The notes under the pieces are model-generated. The model saw only the letters and a program-made list of their open reading frames with translations, did not search any database and was not told the DNA's origin. Source: a virus (Duplodnaviria; Caudoviricetes). Taken from it: DNA of 62,607 bases. The stretch is from positions 1 through 62,607 of IMG/VR virus record IMGVR_UViG_3300017728_000004. The stretch is one strand, 5' to 3'. The number at the start of each line of letters is the position of its first letter. Positions within the stretch are counted from its first letter, which is position 1. Shown here piece by piece: positions 9,282 through 17,720 of this stretch. The position numbers were made by a program, and so were the translations under genes.

Positions 9282-9876
9282 AGAAATATTTAAAATTCCA
9301 TATTCGCATTATAGTATCGATAACTGGGAAGAAAAGAAATCTAAAATTCTAGACCAGTTAGATGATAAGTTTACTGATTATGGTGACTATGAACTACCAC
9401 CATATGAAAGTATAGTAAGACAAAATATTTCTAATGAACTGATAGATTTTAGTTCATATCTAGATTTTCCTCTATCTATTATGTGTATGTGGTATGAGAG
9501 ATCTAAACGATCACATCGTCATCCTGTTCATAATCATGGAGGAGCAGGATTTTCTGCAGTGATGTATGTTGAATTTAATCCTGAAGTTCATGAATCTACA
9601 GTGCTCTATAGTCCATATGGAAATCCTTTTACTGGTGCTTTGATGTCATATAGACCTGATGTAAAGGAAGGTGATATTATATTTTTTCCATCATCATTCC
9701 TACATGAAGCACGACCTAATGAATCTGATGAGGTCAGAACTATCATCTCATTCAATATGTTTGATACTCAATTGTTATTTGCTAAAAAAGATGAATTGTT
9801 TGGTGATAAAGCAGATGAAGCAGTAAAGAGAATTGCTGAGAGAGCATACGATCATACCCCAAACTACGATAAATAA
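9268..9876 (+). CDS. 2OG-Fe(II) oxygenase family protein (paralogue of the preceding gene)
   Basis: HPVHNHG..GFSAVMY...EGDIIFFPSSFLHEA...RTIISFN; start placed at ATG 9268 by alignment with the upstream paralogue. Confidence 0.85.
   Translation: MLKNREIFKIPYSHYSIDNWEEKKSKILDQLDDKFTDYGDYELPPYESIVRQNISNELIDFSSYLDFPLSIMCMWYERSKRSHRHPVHNHGGAGFSAVMYVEFNPEVHESTVLYSPYGNPFTGALMSYRPDVKEGDIIFFPSSFLHEARPNESDEVRTIISFNMFDTQLLFAKKDELFGDKADEAVKRIAERAYDHTPNYDK
9868..9875 (+). promoter_or_regulatory. T4-type late promoter motif (GATAAATA)
   Basis: About 20 nt upstream of the gp5 start. Confidence 0.65.
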
Positions 9877-9894
9877 AGAAAAACTCAAAACGAA

Positions 9895-12447
9895 ATGAGC
9901 ACCATTGACGGCATTATTAATGAACCTACCGTAAATTTCGTCGGTAAAGATGGATTTTTCTGGTGGGTTGGTGAGGTTGAAAGTAATAAAGACCCGATGA
10001 CTCTAGGACGAGTTAAAGTCCGAGTTTTAGGGTATTATACTAATGTGAGAGGAGAAACTACCTCTAATCTGCCTACGGATGATCTTCCTTGGGCGACTGT
10101 GTTACAACACACATGTCAACCAGGTAATGATAACCAAGGTGAAAGTTCTGGACAGTTGCAACCAGGTGCAATTGTTATGGGATTCTTTATGGATGGTGAG
10201 AATGCTCAGATGCCAATTGTTATTGGTGTTCTGCGTGTTAAGAAATCTTCTGAGACTAGAGATGAGAAGACTTTTGCTTTTACTGGTGAAGCAATGGAAC
10301 CTGGTGTTGCACCTAATCCTGCAACTACACACCCTATGAATCCTAATGCCACCATGGCAACTACAAAGGAAACAGGGTATAGAAGACCATCAGATGATAA
10401 TACTGTTGCGTTACCTAACAATCCCAAATCGGATGTTGGTGGTAAATCATCTCCTAACAATGTCTCAACTAAACTAGCTGGTAGTTCGGGCAATCCTGGA
10501 AAACCTAGACAACCAAAGGACCCAATTCCTGCTGCAAATGGTGTTGGTGGTCCTTGGAAAACATTGGAATATAAACTAGGATATCTCTTAGAAGATCTTG
10601 CTGATCATGCAGGATCATTAATGAAAGCAGAAGATGGTGACTACTTAGATATTGTCACTGGTAAACTTGTCTCTGCTAAAGCACTGACTGCAAAACTTCA
10701 AAACTTTTTAAGTGCAGTATTTACTCAGGTTGTTTCTGCTGTTAGGGCGCAAATATCTGCCCTTACAGAATCTTTGAACCTAGTTGAAATTCTTGGTGGT
10801 GCTACTGGCGTTCCAATGTTAGTTTTTGGTATTATTCAGACAGCAGTAGCAGCACTTCTTAAGGCACTTTGCATGGAAGACTCTAAGTTGATGCAATTTG
10901 TTCAGTCACCTGTCAATACAATTTTAGGTCTTCTTGATGGTCTTCTTGATGGTTTGATTGATAAGGCAGCATTTGTTCTTCAAGGTGTTCAGGGCGCTAT
11001 TGATGGTGTTGTATGTGAAGTTCAGGCAATGCTTGATAGACTTCTACAAGTTGTTGATACTGTAAAGACTATTGTTGATAGCGTACAGCAAGCAAAAGAA
11101 ATCATTGAGGCATGGCAATCTGCTAGTGGTATTTTTGAAGAGGGAACTGATCTTTTCAAGAAAGGTATTACCAGTCTTACTGGATTGATTGCACTGTTCA
11201 TCAAATTTGCTAGTGGGGGTTGTAATCGAACACCTGATGGTGGTGTGGATACAGTTGGTTGGTATCCTTTATTTGGTATCACTCATTGTACTCCAGAAGA
11301 ATTGGAGGAAATTAATAAAATTAGAGGTAAGAGTAGATCTGAATGTGGTGAGGATGGACCAGGTAGTCTCTTAGATAGTGTTTTTAAAGAAACTAGTCCT
11401 TACTTAACTGCTGCTAAAACATTCATCGATGGTTCATATGAGATGTATGTTGGAACACCTGGTAGAACTGCAAGTGTGCAAAAAGCTGCTAGTGGTACAA
11501 CACGACATTCATATAATCTCAATCAGAATCAGTATGCTGAATATGTTGCTAGAAAAACAATTGCAGAAAAACATCCTAATGCAACCCCAGAAGAAATTGA
11601 AAAAAAGGTTGCATCATATTCTAAATCTCAAAACAAATCAGGAGGCAAAGGTCAAGGTGATAACGGTTCCTTAATTGCTGATCATACTTCATATGCTGGT
11701 AATTATACAGAAGAAACTCATGGTGATAACTGTAGAACCATTGATGGTGATAATGCAATTAATATTGAGGGAGACTACTTCTTAAAGATTACTGGTGATT
11801 GTCACATTGAAGTTGGTGGAGGATTCTTCTTTGGTGCTGAAGGTGCCCCTAAAATTGTTGATAATAAAGGAGAGAGTAAGAATACTAAAATTCAGAAACA
11901 TACAGTCAGATTTGGTTCTGACGTTGATATCTCAACTGTTGGTGCTGCTCTCGCAATTCAAGGTTCTGAGTTTAATGTTGGATCTGTTTCTTCTAAATTT
12001 ACTAGTAGTATTTTTGAAGCAAGTTCTGGAAGTGTTAACATATCGGGAGGAGAGACAATCATCAGTGGTGACAACTCAATTGAACTTGTTACACCACACT
12101 TAGTTGAGATGATTAACTTTCCACCATCAGGACTTCAACTTGGTTTGTCGGGTATTCGTAGATTTGTTGGTGGTTCAGTAGAAACTGTAATGAAACCTGC
12201 TAGTATTGGTGCAGATACAATTCCCAGATATACTATTGTTAATCCTGCTGGTCCTTACTCACTTACATGTGGTGCTACAGGATACAACTGCAATGTCACT
12301 ACGGGTGCATATAACGTCAATGTTGTTGCTGGTTTGATCTATATGCAAGCGAGTGCTGCTGCTACCCTTGCGGCGGGTGGAGCAATGCTGCTCAGTGCTC
12401 CTGCAGGCGTCGTTACGGTTATTGGACTATCGATCTTCCTGAATTGA
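9895..12447 (+). CDS. gp5: Baseplate hub/central spike protein, gp5-like
   Basis: F.WWVGEVE...DP..LGRVKVRVLGYY...LPWA...VMGFFMDG..AQMPIVIG OB-fold N-terminus; beta-helix-like C-terminus. Confidence 0.9.
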   Translation: MSTIDGIINEPTVNFVGKDGFFWWVGEVESNKDPMTLGRVKVRVLGYYTNVRGETTSNLPTDDLPWATVLQHTCQPGNDNQGESSGQLQPGAIVMGFFMDGENAQMPIVIGVLRVKKSSETRDEKTFAFTGEAMEPGVAPNPATTHPMNPNATMATTKETGYRRPSDDNTVALPNNPKSDVGGKSSPNNVSTKLAGSSGNPGKPRQPKDPIPAANGVGGPWKTLEYKLGYLLEDLADHAGSLMKAEDGDYLDIVTGKLVSAKALTAKLQNFLSAVFTQVVSAVRAQISALTESLNLVEILGGATGVPMLVFGIIQTAVAALLKALCMEDSKLMQFVQSPVNTILGLLDGLLDGLIDKAAFVLQGVQGAIDGVVCEVQAMLDRLLQVVDTVKTIVDSVQQAKEIIEAWQSASGIFEEGTDLFKKGITSLTGLIALFIKFASGGCNRTPDGGVDTVGWYPLFGITHCTPEELEEINKIRGKSRSECGEDGPGSLLDSVFKETSPYLTAAKTFIDGSYEMYVGTPGRTASVQKAASGTTRHSYNLNQNQYAEYVARKTIAEKHPNATPEEIEKKVASYSKSQNKSGGKGQGDNGSLIADHTSYAGNYTEETHGDNCRTIDGDNAINIEGDYFLKITGDCHIEVGGGFFFGAEGAPKIVDNKGESKNTKIQKHTVRFGSDVDISTVGAALAIQGSEFNVGSVSSKFTSSIFEASSGSVNISGGETIISGDNSIELVTPHLVEMINFPPSGLQLGLSGIRRFVGGSVETVMKPASIGADTIPRYTIVNPAGPYSLTCGATGYNCNVTTGAYNVNVVAGLIYMQASAAATLAAGGAMLLSAPAGVVTVIGLSIFLN

Positions 12448-12448
12448 C

Positions 12449-12477
12449 TTGACAGGTGCCTAGCAGTCTGCTATACT
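12449..12477 (+). promoter_or_regulatory. Sigma70-type promoter
   Basis: TTGACA-17 nt-TATACT immediately after the gp5 stop. Confidence 0.8.
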
Positions 12478-12500
12478 ACATAGGTACAGAAGAGACATTC

Positions 12501-12692
12501 ATGGATTCCCTCGCACACATCTTCATTAACTTCTCTAAACGCAAGATGACTCTTGTCGATGATGAAGGATATGAGAAAGAAGTTCGATGGAATTTTAACA
12601 CTACAGGTGCCAATGGTTTCTCTGAAACAATCTCTGAAATACAAGAGATTGTTGATAACGACTTGATTACTTATTGCTTTGCTGTAAAATGA
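12501..12692 (+). CDS. Hypothetical protein
   Basis: ATG 12501 downstream of the promoter; ATGA overlap with the next ORF. Confidence 0.7.
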   Translation: MDSLAHIFINFSKRKMTLVDDEGYEKEVRWNFNTTGANGFSETISEIQEIVDNDLITYCFAVK

Positions 12693-12916
12693 TTGGACCT
12701 ATTGGAATTACTCTGCAAGAAGCAGAGGATCATTTTGACTTCTTGGTTGATCTTACTGACAGATCTCGTATCTGTTGGAAAATTACTCGTGAAGATGGTA
12801 AGTCTGTCTTGATGGTTCCTGTTAATGAAGTCGCTCCTGTACCTGAAGAACTTCAGGATGAGGTTGAAGATTTTCGTAAAAAGTTTTTGGAAAAAGTAGG
12901 TGTCAATGAGACCTGA
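12689..12916 (+). CDS. Phd/YefM antitoxin-like protein
   Basis: ITLQEAEDHFDFLVDL...WKITREDGKSVLMVPV fits the Phd/YefM DNA-binding domain pattern; acidic tail. Confidence 0.6.
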   Translation: MIGPIGITLQEAEDHFDFLVDLTDRSRICWKITREDGKSVLMVPVNEVAPVPEELQDEVEDFRKKFLEKVGVNET

Positions 12917-13145
12917 AACTCGTGAATCAATGGAAATGCTATTTGCTGCAAAGTGGAATCTTCCTAAAGCAGCAAAAAATTGCAATCTAACTGAAAAAGA
13001 AATGAAAATTACTTTTAACGAATATTGTCATTTTCATCCTCCCACTTGGGAAATTGGTAATAGTAAACAAATTGGAGTACTCTACACTGATGGGAGTGTG
13101 GCGGAATTGGTAGACGCACCAGACTTAAAATCTGTTGAGAATTAA
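12906..13145 (+). CDS. Hypothetical protein; 3' end runs into tRNA-Leu
   Basis: MRPETRESMEMLFAAKWNLPKAAKNCNL...; stop codon lies in the tRNA variable arm. Confidence 0.65.
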   Translation: MRPETRESMEMLFAAKWNLPKAAKNCNLTEKEMKITFNEYCHFHPPTWEIGNSKQIGVLYTDGSVAELVDAPDLKSVEN

Positions 13146-13176
13146 TCTCGTGGGGGTTCAAGTCCCCCTTCTCCTA
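13092..13176 (+). tRNA. tRNA-Leu(TAA), weak acceptor stem
   Basis: TGGCGGAATTGGTAGACGC D arm, CT-TAA-AA loop, long variable arm, GGGGG-TTCAAGT-CCCCC; acceptor GGGAGTG/TTCTCCT has two G-U pairs and one U-U. Confidence 0.85.
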
Positions 13177-13178
13177 CT

Positions 13179-13742
13179 ATGACACATTATCTCTTTCCTA
13201 CTACCTTCTATTGGCAATTCAGAGCACCAAACGCTCAAGAATTTATTGACAAAATCAGTGCTACTGCTGTAGAAGAAAACATTGACAACTCTCCGTTCTC
13301 ATGGGGAAAAGAATGTGTCATTGACCGTATTCCCTTGCCATGGGAAGATTGGTTGCCACTCGTTACACCTAGTCTTCAAATCCTAGGAAAAAAACTCGGC
13401 AAAAAATTTCAATTCTGGATGTATGATCCATGGATTAACTACTACAAACGAGGGGCATATCAAGAAGTTCATGATCATGTTGAACAAGACTTAGCATGTG
13501 TATTCTTTGCAAATCAAGGTGAAGGTTTTTCAGACTTTACTTTTATTGATAGATATAACGTAACTCTAGCACCTCAAGCAAAGAAACTAATTGATTACCA
13601 TAATGTATGGGGCATTGATTATGAACCTGGAGATATAATTTTCTTTCCAGGAACATGTATGCATCAAGTAACACAGCATAAAAGTGATACAGTTAGAACA
13701 ACATTTGCATGCAACTTCAACATCAAAGTTCCTAATGAGTAA
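13179..13742 (+). CDS. 2OG-Fe(II) oxygenase family protein
   Basis: WINYY..G.YQEVHDH...EPGDIIFFPG..MHQV...RTTFACN. Confidence 0.85.
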   Translation: MTHYLFPTTFYWQFRAPNAQEFIDKISATAVEENIDNSPFSWGKECVIDRIPLPWEDWLPLVTPSLQILGKKLGKKFQFWMYDPWINYYKRGAYQEVHDHVEQDLACVFFANQGEGFSDFTFIDRYNVTLAPQAKKLIDYHNVWGIDYEPGDIIFFPGTCMHQVTQHKSDTVRTTFACNFNIKVPNE

Positions 13743-13926
13743 GTACGATTTTGGAGGGTTAGAACAACACCCTGCCAATATTTTAAGATTGATAAGTGAA
13801 CTTGAAGGAGCATATCAACTTTGTAAGTGGATGGGATTCAAAGAGGATATGGAGGTCCTTGACAAAATGAAGAAACCATACTATAGTATGTACTTCAAGA
13901 AGAAAAAAGAAGAACGTTACAAATAG
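13735..13926 (+). CDS. Hypothetical protein
   Basis: MSKYDFGGLEQHPANILRLISELEG...; overlaps the upstream stop. Confidence 0.7.
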   Translation: MSKYDFGGLEQHPANILRLISELEGAYQLCKWMGFKEDMEVLDKMKKPYYSMYFKKKKEERYK

Positions 13927-13969
13927 AGGGAGTACCCAAAGACTCTGTGTAGAAAGAGCGCCCTCTCAA

Positions 13970-14041
13970 TCCTCTTTAGCTCAGCGGTAGAGCGATTGAC
14001 TGTTAATCAATTAGTCCCTGGTTCGATCCCAGGAAGGGGAG
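13970..14041 (+). tRNA. tRNA-Asn(GTT)
   Basis: TCCTCTT/AAGGGGA acceptor, GCTC/GAGC D stem, ATTGA-CT-GTT-AA-TCAAT, CCTGG-TTCGATC-CCAGG. Confidence 0.95.
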
Positions 14042-14604
14042 TGTCTTTTACAAACAAACTATTATACAAGATTCCTAGTAAGTTTCCAGAACTGCTTATA
14101 AGCAACATGGTAACTTATGTTGAAACACTACATTATCAAAATGCAAAAATTGCTAATGATGTAGAGGATAATGTAACTAGATCTACTAGTGTATCGTGGA
14201 TACCTTGGGACGAATGGATCCCTGGTATCATGCACAACATGCTTATATGTGCCAATAAATCACATTTCAACTATGATCTGAATTACTTCCAAAGTAAGAT
14301 TCAATCTACCATTTATTATGGTGAAACTAGTGATCATTATGATTGGCATGTTGACAATGATGACGCAAGTATCTGTGGAGATATGGAAAGAAAACTTTCT
14401 TGTTCTTTATTACTGAGTAGTCTTGATGAGTATGATGGTGGTGAATTTGAAATAGATTATCGACCTAACTTGAATACCAAGATCAAACCCAATAAGGGTG
14501 ACTGTATTGTTTTTCCTGCATGGGTTCCACATAGAGTATTACCAGTAACTAAAGGCAGACGTATATCTCTAGTCGCATGGATGATGGGGCCGATGTTTAA
14601 ATAG
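14041..14604 (+). CDS. 2OG-Fe(II) oxygenase (PKHD/prolyl-hydroxylase type); start uncertain
   Basis: HYDWHVD...RKLSCSLLL...YDGGEF...GDCIVFP.WVPHRV.PVTKG.RISLVAW; first in-frame start at the tRNA 3' end is GTG 14041. Confidence 0.85.
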   Translation: MSFTNKLLYKIPSKFPELLISNMVTYVETLHYQNAKIANDVEDNVTRSTSVSWIPWDEWIPGIMHNMLICANKSHFNYDLNYFQSKIQSTIYYGETSDHYDWHVDNDDASICGDMERKLSCSLLLSSLDEYDGGEFEIDYRPNLNTKIKPNKGDCIVFPAWVPHRVLPVTKGRRISLVAWMMGPMFK

Positions 14605-14623
14605 TGCAGCACTGGAGAACATA

Positions 14624-14968
14624 ATGGGGATTTACGATACCATTCATTCATCATATGATTTGGGACCTGGTTTTTGGAATAGAGAATTGCAAACCAAAGA
14701 TCTTGATGGATATATGTCATATAATTGGATCGATCCAAAGGGGCAACTATGGACAGTTGATCATAGTGGAACCTATGCCTTTGAAGATACTGGATCATTC
14801 AAGGTTGTGAAGAGTATAAATCATGGTAGAGTTACACCATACACCTTAACAAAACAAATAGAGTTGTATCCAGCACACTGGAATGCTCACTATGCACCTT
14901 GCCCAACGGCAATGGTTAGTTTTTTTGAAGGTATTGTTGAACAAGTATTATTTGCATCTAATCATTAA
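14624..14968 (+). CDS. Hypothetical protein
   Basis: 114 aa ORF with GGAG SD; MGIYDTI...LQTKDLD. Confidence 0.75.
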   Translation: MGIYDTIHSSYDLGPGFWNRELQTKDLDGYMSYNWIDPKGQLWTVDHSGTYAFEDTGSFKVVKSINHGRVTPYTLTKQIELYPAHWNAHYAPCPTAMVSFFEGIVEQVLFASNH

Positions 14969-15612
14969 TGGCATTTCTCGTACATCCAGTTCCACCTAAT
15001 CCAGTATTTGTCAAGAAAGAATATCTGTATGATTTAAAAAAAGGTCATGGAGAGTTAACACCTGGTATTTGGATTTCTGTTAAAAGTGTTCAAACTAAAG
15101 CATTATATTTTGAAACTCTTCTTACTGAATATGGAGCATTATTTGATAAATTGCCTTTAAGTGCATTTGTTTGGAAAAAAGATTTTAATCCAGAAGATCA
15201 ACTTCCTTTAGATGTACTTGAACTTTGGGACTGTTTCGACTATAATATCACTGTAGTTCGCAAACCTCTTCTGGGACGATGTGAATTCTTTGGTAAAGAT
15301 AAAAAAATGCACCCTGGTGAATATGAATTTACAATTGATAGTGCTCATCCAGATCATTCTATTATCGATACTAATTTCTCTGAGTTGGACCCAGAGCACA
15401 AATCTTTTAATATTATCGCCCTTGATAATGGACAGTTTGCTGCACAACCAAACAATAGGGTTATCTGGAGAGATAACTCATTAATTCCAGGAACACTTAA
15501 ACAACCCGATTTTAAAGTTTGCTCACAAAATTATGCAGTCGAAACAGAATCTAAATGGTGGACAGTCGGACACACCGAAGAATGGAGTTACAAAACCGAA
15601 GATGGTGCCTGA
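14968..15612 (+). CDS. Hypothetical phage protein
   Basis: 214 aa, TAATG coupling to the upstream gene; EHKSFNII.LDNGQFAAQPNNR. Confidence 0.8.
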   Translation: MAFLVHPVPPNPVFVKKEYLYDLKKGHGELTPGIWISVKSVQTKALYFETLLTEYGALFDKLPLSAFVWKKDFNPEDQLPLDVLELWDCFDYNITVVRKPLLGRCEFFGKDKKMHPGEYEFTIDSAHPDHSIIDTNFSELDPEHKSFNIIALDNGQFAAQPNNRVIWRDNSLIPGTLKQPDFKVCSQNYAVETESKWWTVGHTEEWSYKTEDGA

Positions 15613-15742
15613 TGATATTGTTGTTAACATGGACGGAGGTGTAGGTGGTTCTTGGTCAGTACAAAAAACAGAACCAGAAGATATCATCAATCAGATTCGT
15701 AAGTTAGAATCTGAAGCACCTGATTATGGTATTGGTAAATGA
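15602..15742 (+). CDS. Small hypothetical protein
   Basis: MVPDDIVVNMDGGVGGSW... fills the gap and overlaps both neighbours. Confidence 0.5.
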   Translation: MVPDDIVVNMDGGVGGSWSVQKTEPEDIINQIRKLESEAPDYGIGK

Positions 15743-16359
15743 TAAACCCTGATCTCAAAGGTCATAGTTTTAACGAACCTTTTCCTATATTATTGATTGA
15801 AAATGTTTTCTCGCCAGATCAGTTAGATGTTATTTGGAAAGAACTAGATTATTACTGTGCTAATGATATTCTCTTAGCACCTGAAGATACTGGTGGTGCC
15901 TATAAAAAAGGTAAATACGTCAAACAAAATTCTGGATTGTTCTTAACTGATGCCTGGAAAGGAGCATCGTATTCGGCAATCAACAAACACATTTCTCCAA
16001 TATTACAATCTTTTCCTCATGCTGATTGGGTACAAGATAACAAATACTTTGAAGAATTTCAATTCAATAAAGTTAGTGTATTAGTCTCTAATTATACAGA
16101 TGGTGATTACTATGACGCACATAGAGATCTATCGTTAGCAACATGTTGTCTTTGGTTATATAAAGAACCAAAACAATTTGCAGGTGGAGAGTTTAGTTTC
16201 ACTCAGTATGATTTAGAAATAGAGTGTAAAAATAACTCAATGGTTATATTTCCTGGATTATATAAACATCAGGTATCTCCAGTTTCTGGTGTAAAAAATC
16301 CCATGGACGGTAGATTTTGTATATCATACTTTTTGTCGTGGATCGGCAATGAGAAATGA
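15739..16359 (+). CDS. 2OG-Fe(II) oxygenase (prolyl-4-hydroxylase-like)
   Basis: YTDGDYYDAHRD...FAGGEF...MVIFP..YKHQV...GRFCIS. Confidence 0.85.
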   Translation: MINPDLKGHSFNEPFPILLIENVFSPDQLDVIWKELDYYCANDILLAPEDTGGAYKKGKYVKQNSGLFLTDAWKGASYSAINKHISPILQSFPHADWVQDNKYFEEFQFNKVSVLVSNYTDGDYYDAHRDLSLATCCLWLYKEPKQFAGGEFSFTQYDLEIECKNNSMVIFPGLYKHQVSPVSGVKNPMDGRFCISYFLSWIGNEK

Positions 16360-16367
16360 TATAAATA
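16360..16367 (+). promoter_or_regulatory. T4-type late promoter (TATAAATA)
   Basis: Perfect T4 late consensus upstream of the structural cluster. Confidence 0.8.
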
Positions 16368-16394
16368 GACAAGTAGCAAATAGTGTGATTATCT

Positions 16395-17714
16395 GTGGGA
16401 ACTCGTAAAATTTCTCAGTTAGAGACAATCTCAGATGCTAACCTCTCGGGCGAAGCAATTCTCCCAGTTGTTGTTTCTGATCCTTTGATTCCTAACCGAA
16501 AGGCAAAAGTTAATCAGTTGTTTAAAGGTGTTACTTCGGGCACCAAGAATGATCCTGGTCTTTGTTTCGATTTGGATCGAGATACTGGGTTATATCAAAA
16601 TGCATATGATCAATTAGGCGTAGCATTTGGTGATGGCGGTTTCTATATGACCCGCATTGACAATGGAAATAATAGCACATCATTGTATATGACTGCTACT
16701 GATGATGTTGAAAGTAATGCTGATATTGTATTTGCTCCAAAGGGCACAGGTGCTGTAAAGGTTACAGGTAACTTTGTTATTTCTGACCAAACTTTTATTC
16801 TTGAAGATTCGCAAGGACCTAAGGCAAGATTTGAAGTTTCTAATATTGGTACTGGTACTAACACTCGTATCTTCACCCTTCCCGCTATTACATCTGGTAA
16901 CGGAACTACCGTTGTTGGTGATAATACTACGCAGACTTTAACTAATAAAACTCTTCTTATTGATGAGGATAATTTAGTTATTGTTGATGGTACTGAAGAA
17001 GCAATCTTCCAGATTAACTGGGTTGATACTGTTGGTGCAAGACGTTCTTACTTCTTACCTGACGCAGGTACAGTAACTACAACTAACGAACCTACTGCTA
17101 CATCATCCACACTTCTTGACACTAAAGCAGAACAAACCGCGTTGAATAAGACGTTGGTTGACTTAAAACTTGCTACTGATGCTGAAGATGCTACAAACTG
17201 GGCACAGTTTAATACTGACGCAATCACAGCAAACAGAACAATCACTATGCCTGACACCAACATTACGTTGGTTGGTACAGATGCTACACAGATTTTATCC
17301 AACAAAACTATTCTCAGTTTGATTCTTGCAGATTCAACTGACAATACTAAGAAAGTAACATTTGATATTTCTAATCAAAATACACTTTCCAATCAGGTTT
17401 TCAAATTCCCTCCAACTAATTTACTAAATACTGGTAACTCCCCTAACGTTATTGTTAGTGAGGAAGCAACTCAGGATCTGAAGAATAAGTCTCTTTATGT
17501 TCCTTCAATTAAACAGGTTGGTAACACGGGCAGTGTCCAATTTAGTCTTGATAATATTTCAGGGAATAGAACAATCCGATTCCCTAATGCTAATGCGACA
17601 CTTCTCTCTACTGACAACGTGACTTTAGATGATGTTAACTTCGGTGGTGGTATTGGTGCAAACAACCTATCAGGGCAAACTAGACTTCAACAATTCTTTT
17701 ACGCAGGATTCTAA
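16395..17714 (+). CDS. Virion structural protein (fibre-like, TQTLTNKT repeats)
   Basis: 439 aa; recurring R...LP...T.VG...TQTLTNKT units; late promoter upstream. Confidence 0.75.
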   Translation: MGTRKISQLETISDANLSGEAILPVVVSDPLIPNRKAKVNQLFKGVTSGTKNDPGLCFDLDRDTGLYQNAYDQLGVAFGDGGFYMTRIDNGNNSTSLYMTATDDVESNADIVFAPKGTGAVKVTGNFVISDQTFILEDSQGPKARFEVSNIGTGTNTRIFTLPAITSGNGTTVVGDNTTQTLTNKTLLIDEDNLVIVDGTEEAIFQINWVDTVGARRSYFLPDAGTVTTTNEPTATSSTLLDTKAEQTALNKTLVDLKLATDAEDATNWAQFNTDAITANRTITMPDTNITLVGTDATQILSNKTILSLILADSTDNTKKVTFDISNQNTLSNQVFKFPPTNLLNTGNSPNVIVSEEATQDLKNKSLYVPSIKQVGNTGSVQFSLDNISGNRTIRFPNANATLLSTDNVTLDDVNFGGGIGANNLSGQTRLQQFFYAGF

Positions 17715-17720
17715 TTAACA

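Noticed and set aside
10927-10962. 12-bp repeat GGTCTTCTTGAT in gp5
   Set aside because: Encodes GLLD-GLLD-GLID in an amphipathic helix; ordinary coding periodicity.
13996-14040. Listed N-terminal extension of the oxygenase ORF (MTVNQLVPGSIPGRG)
   Set aside because: It is a translation of the tRNA-Asn body; the real start is at or after 14041.
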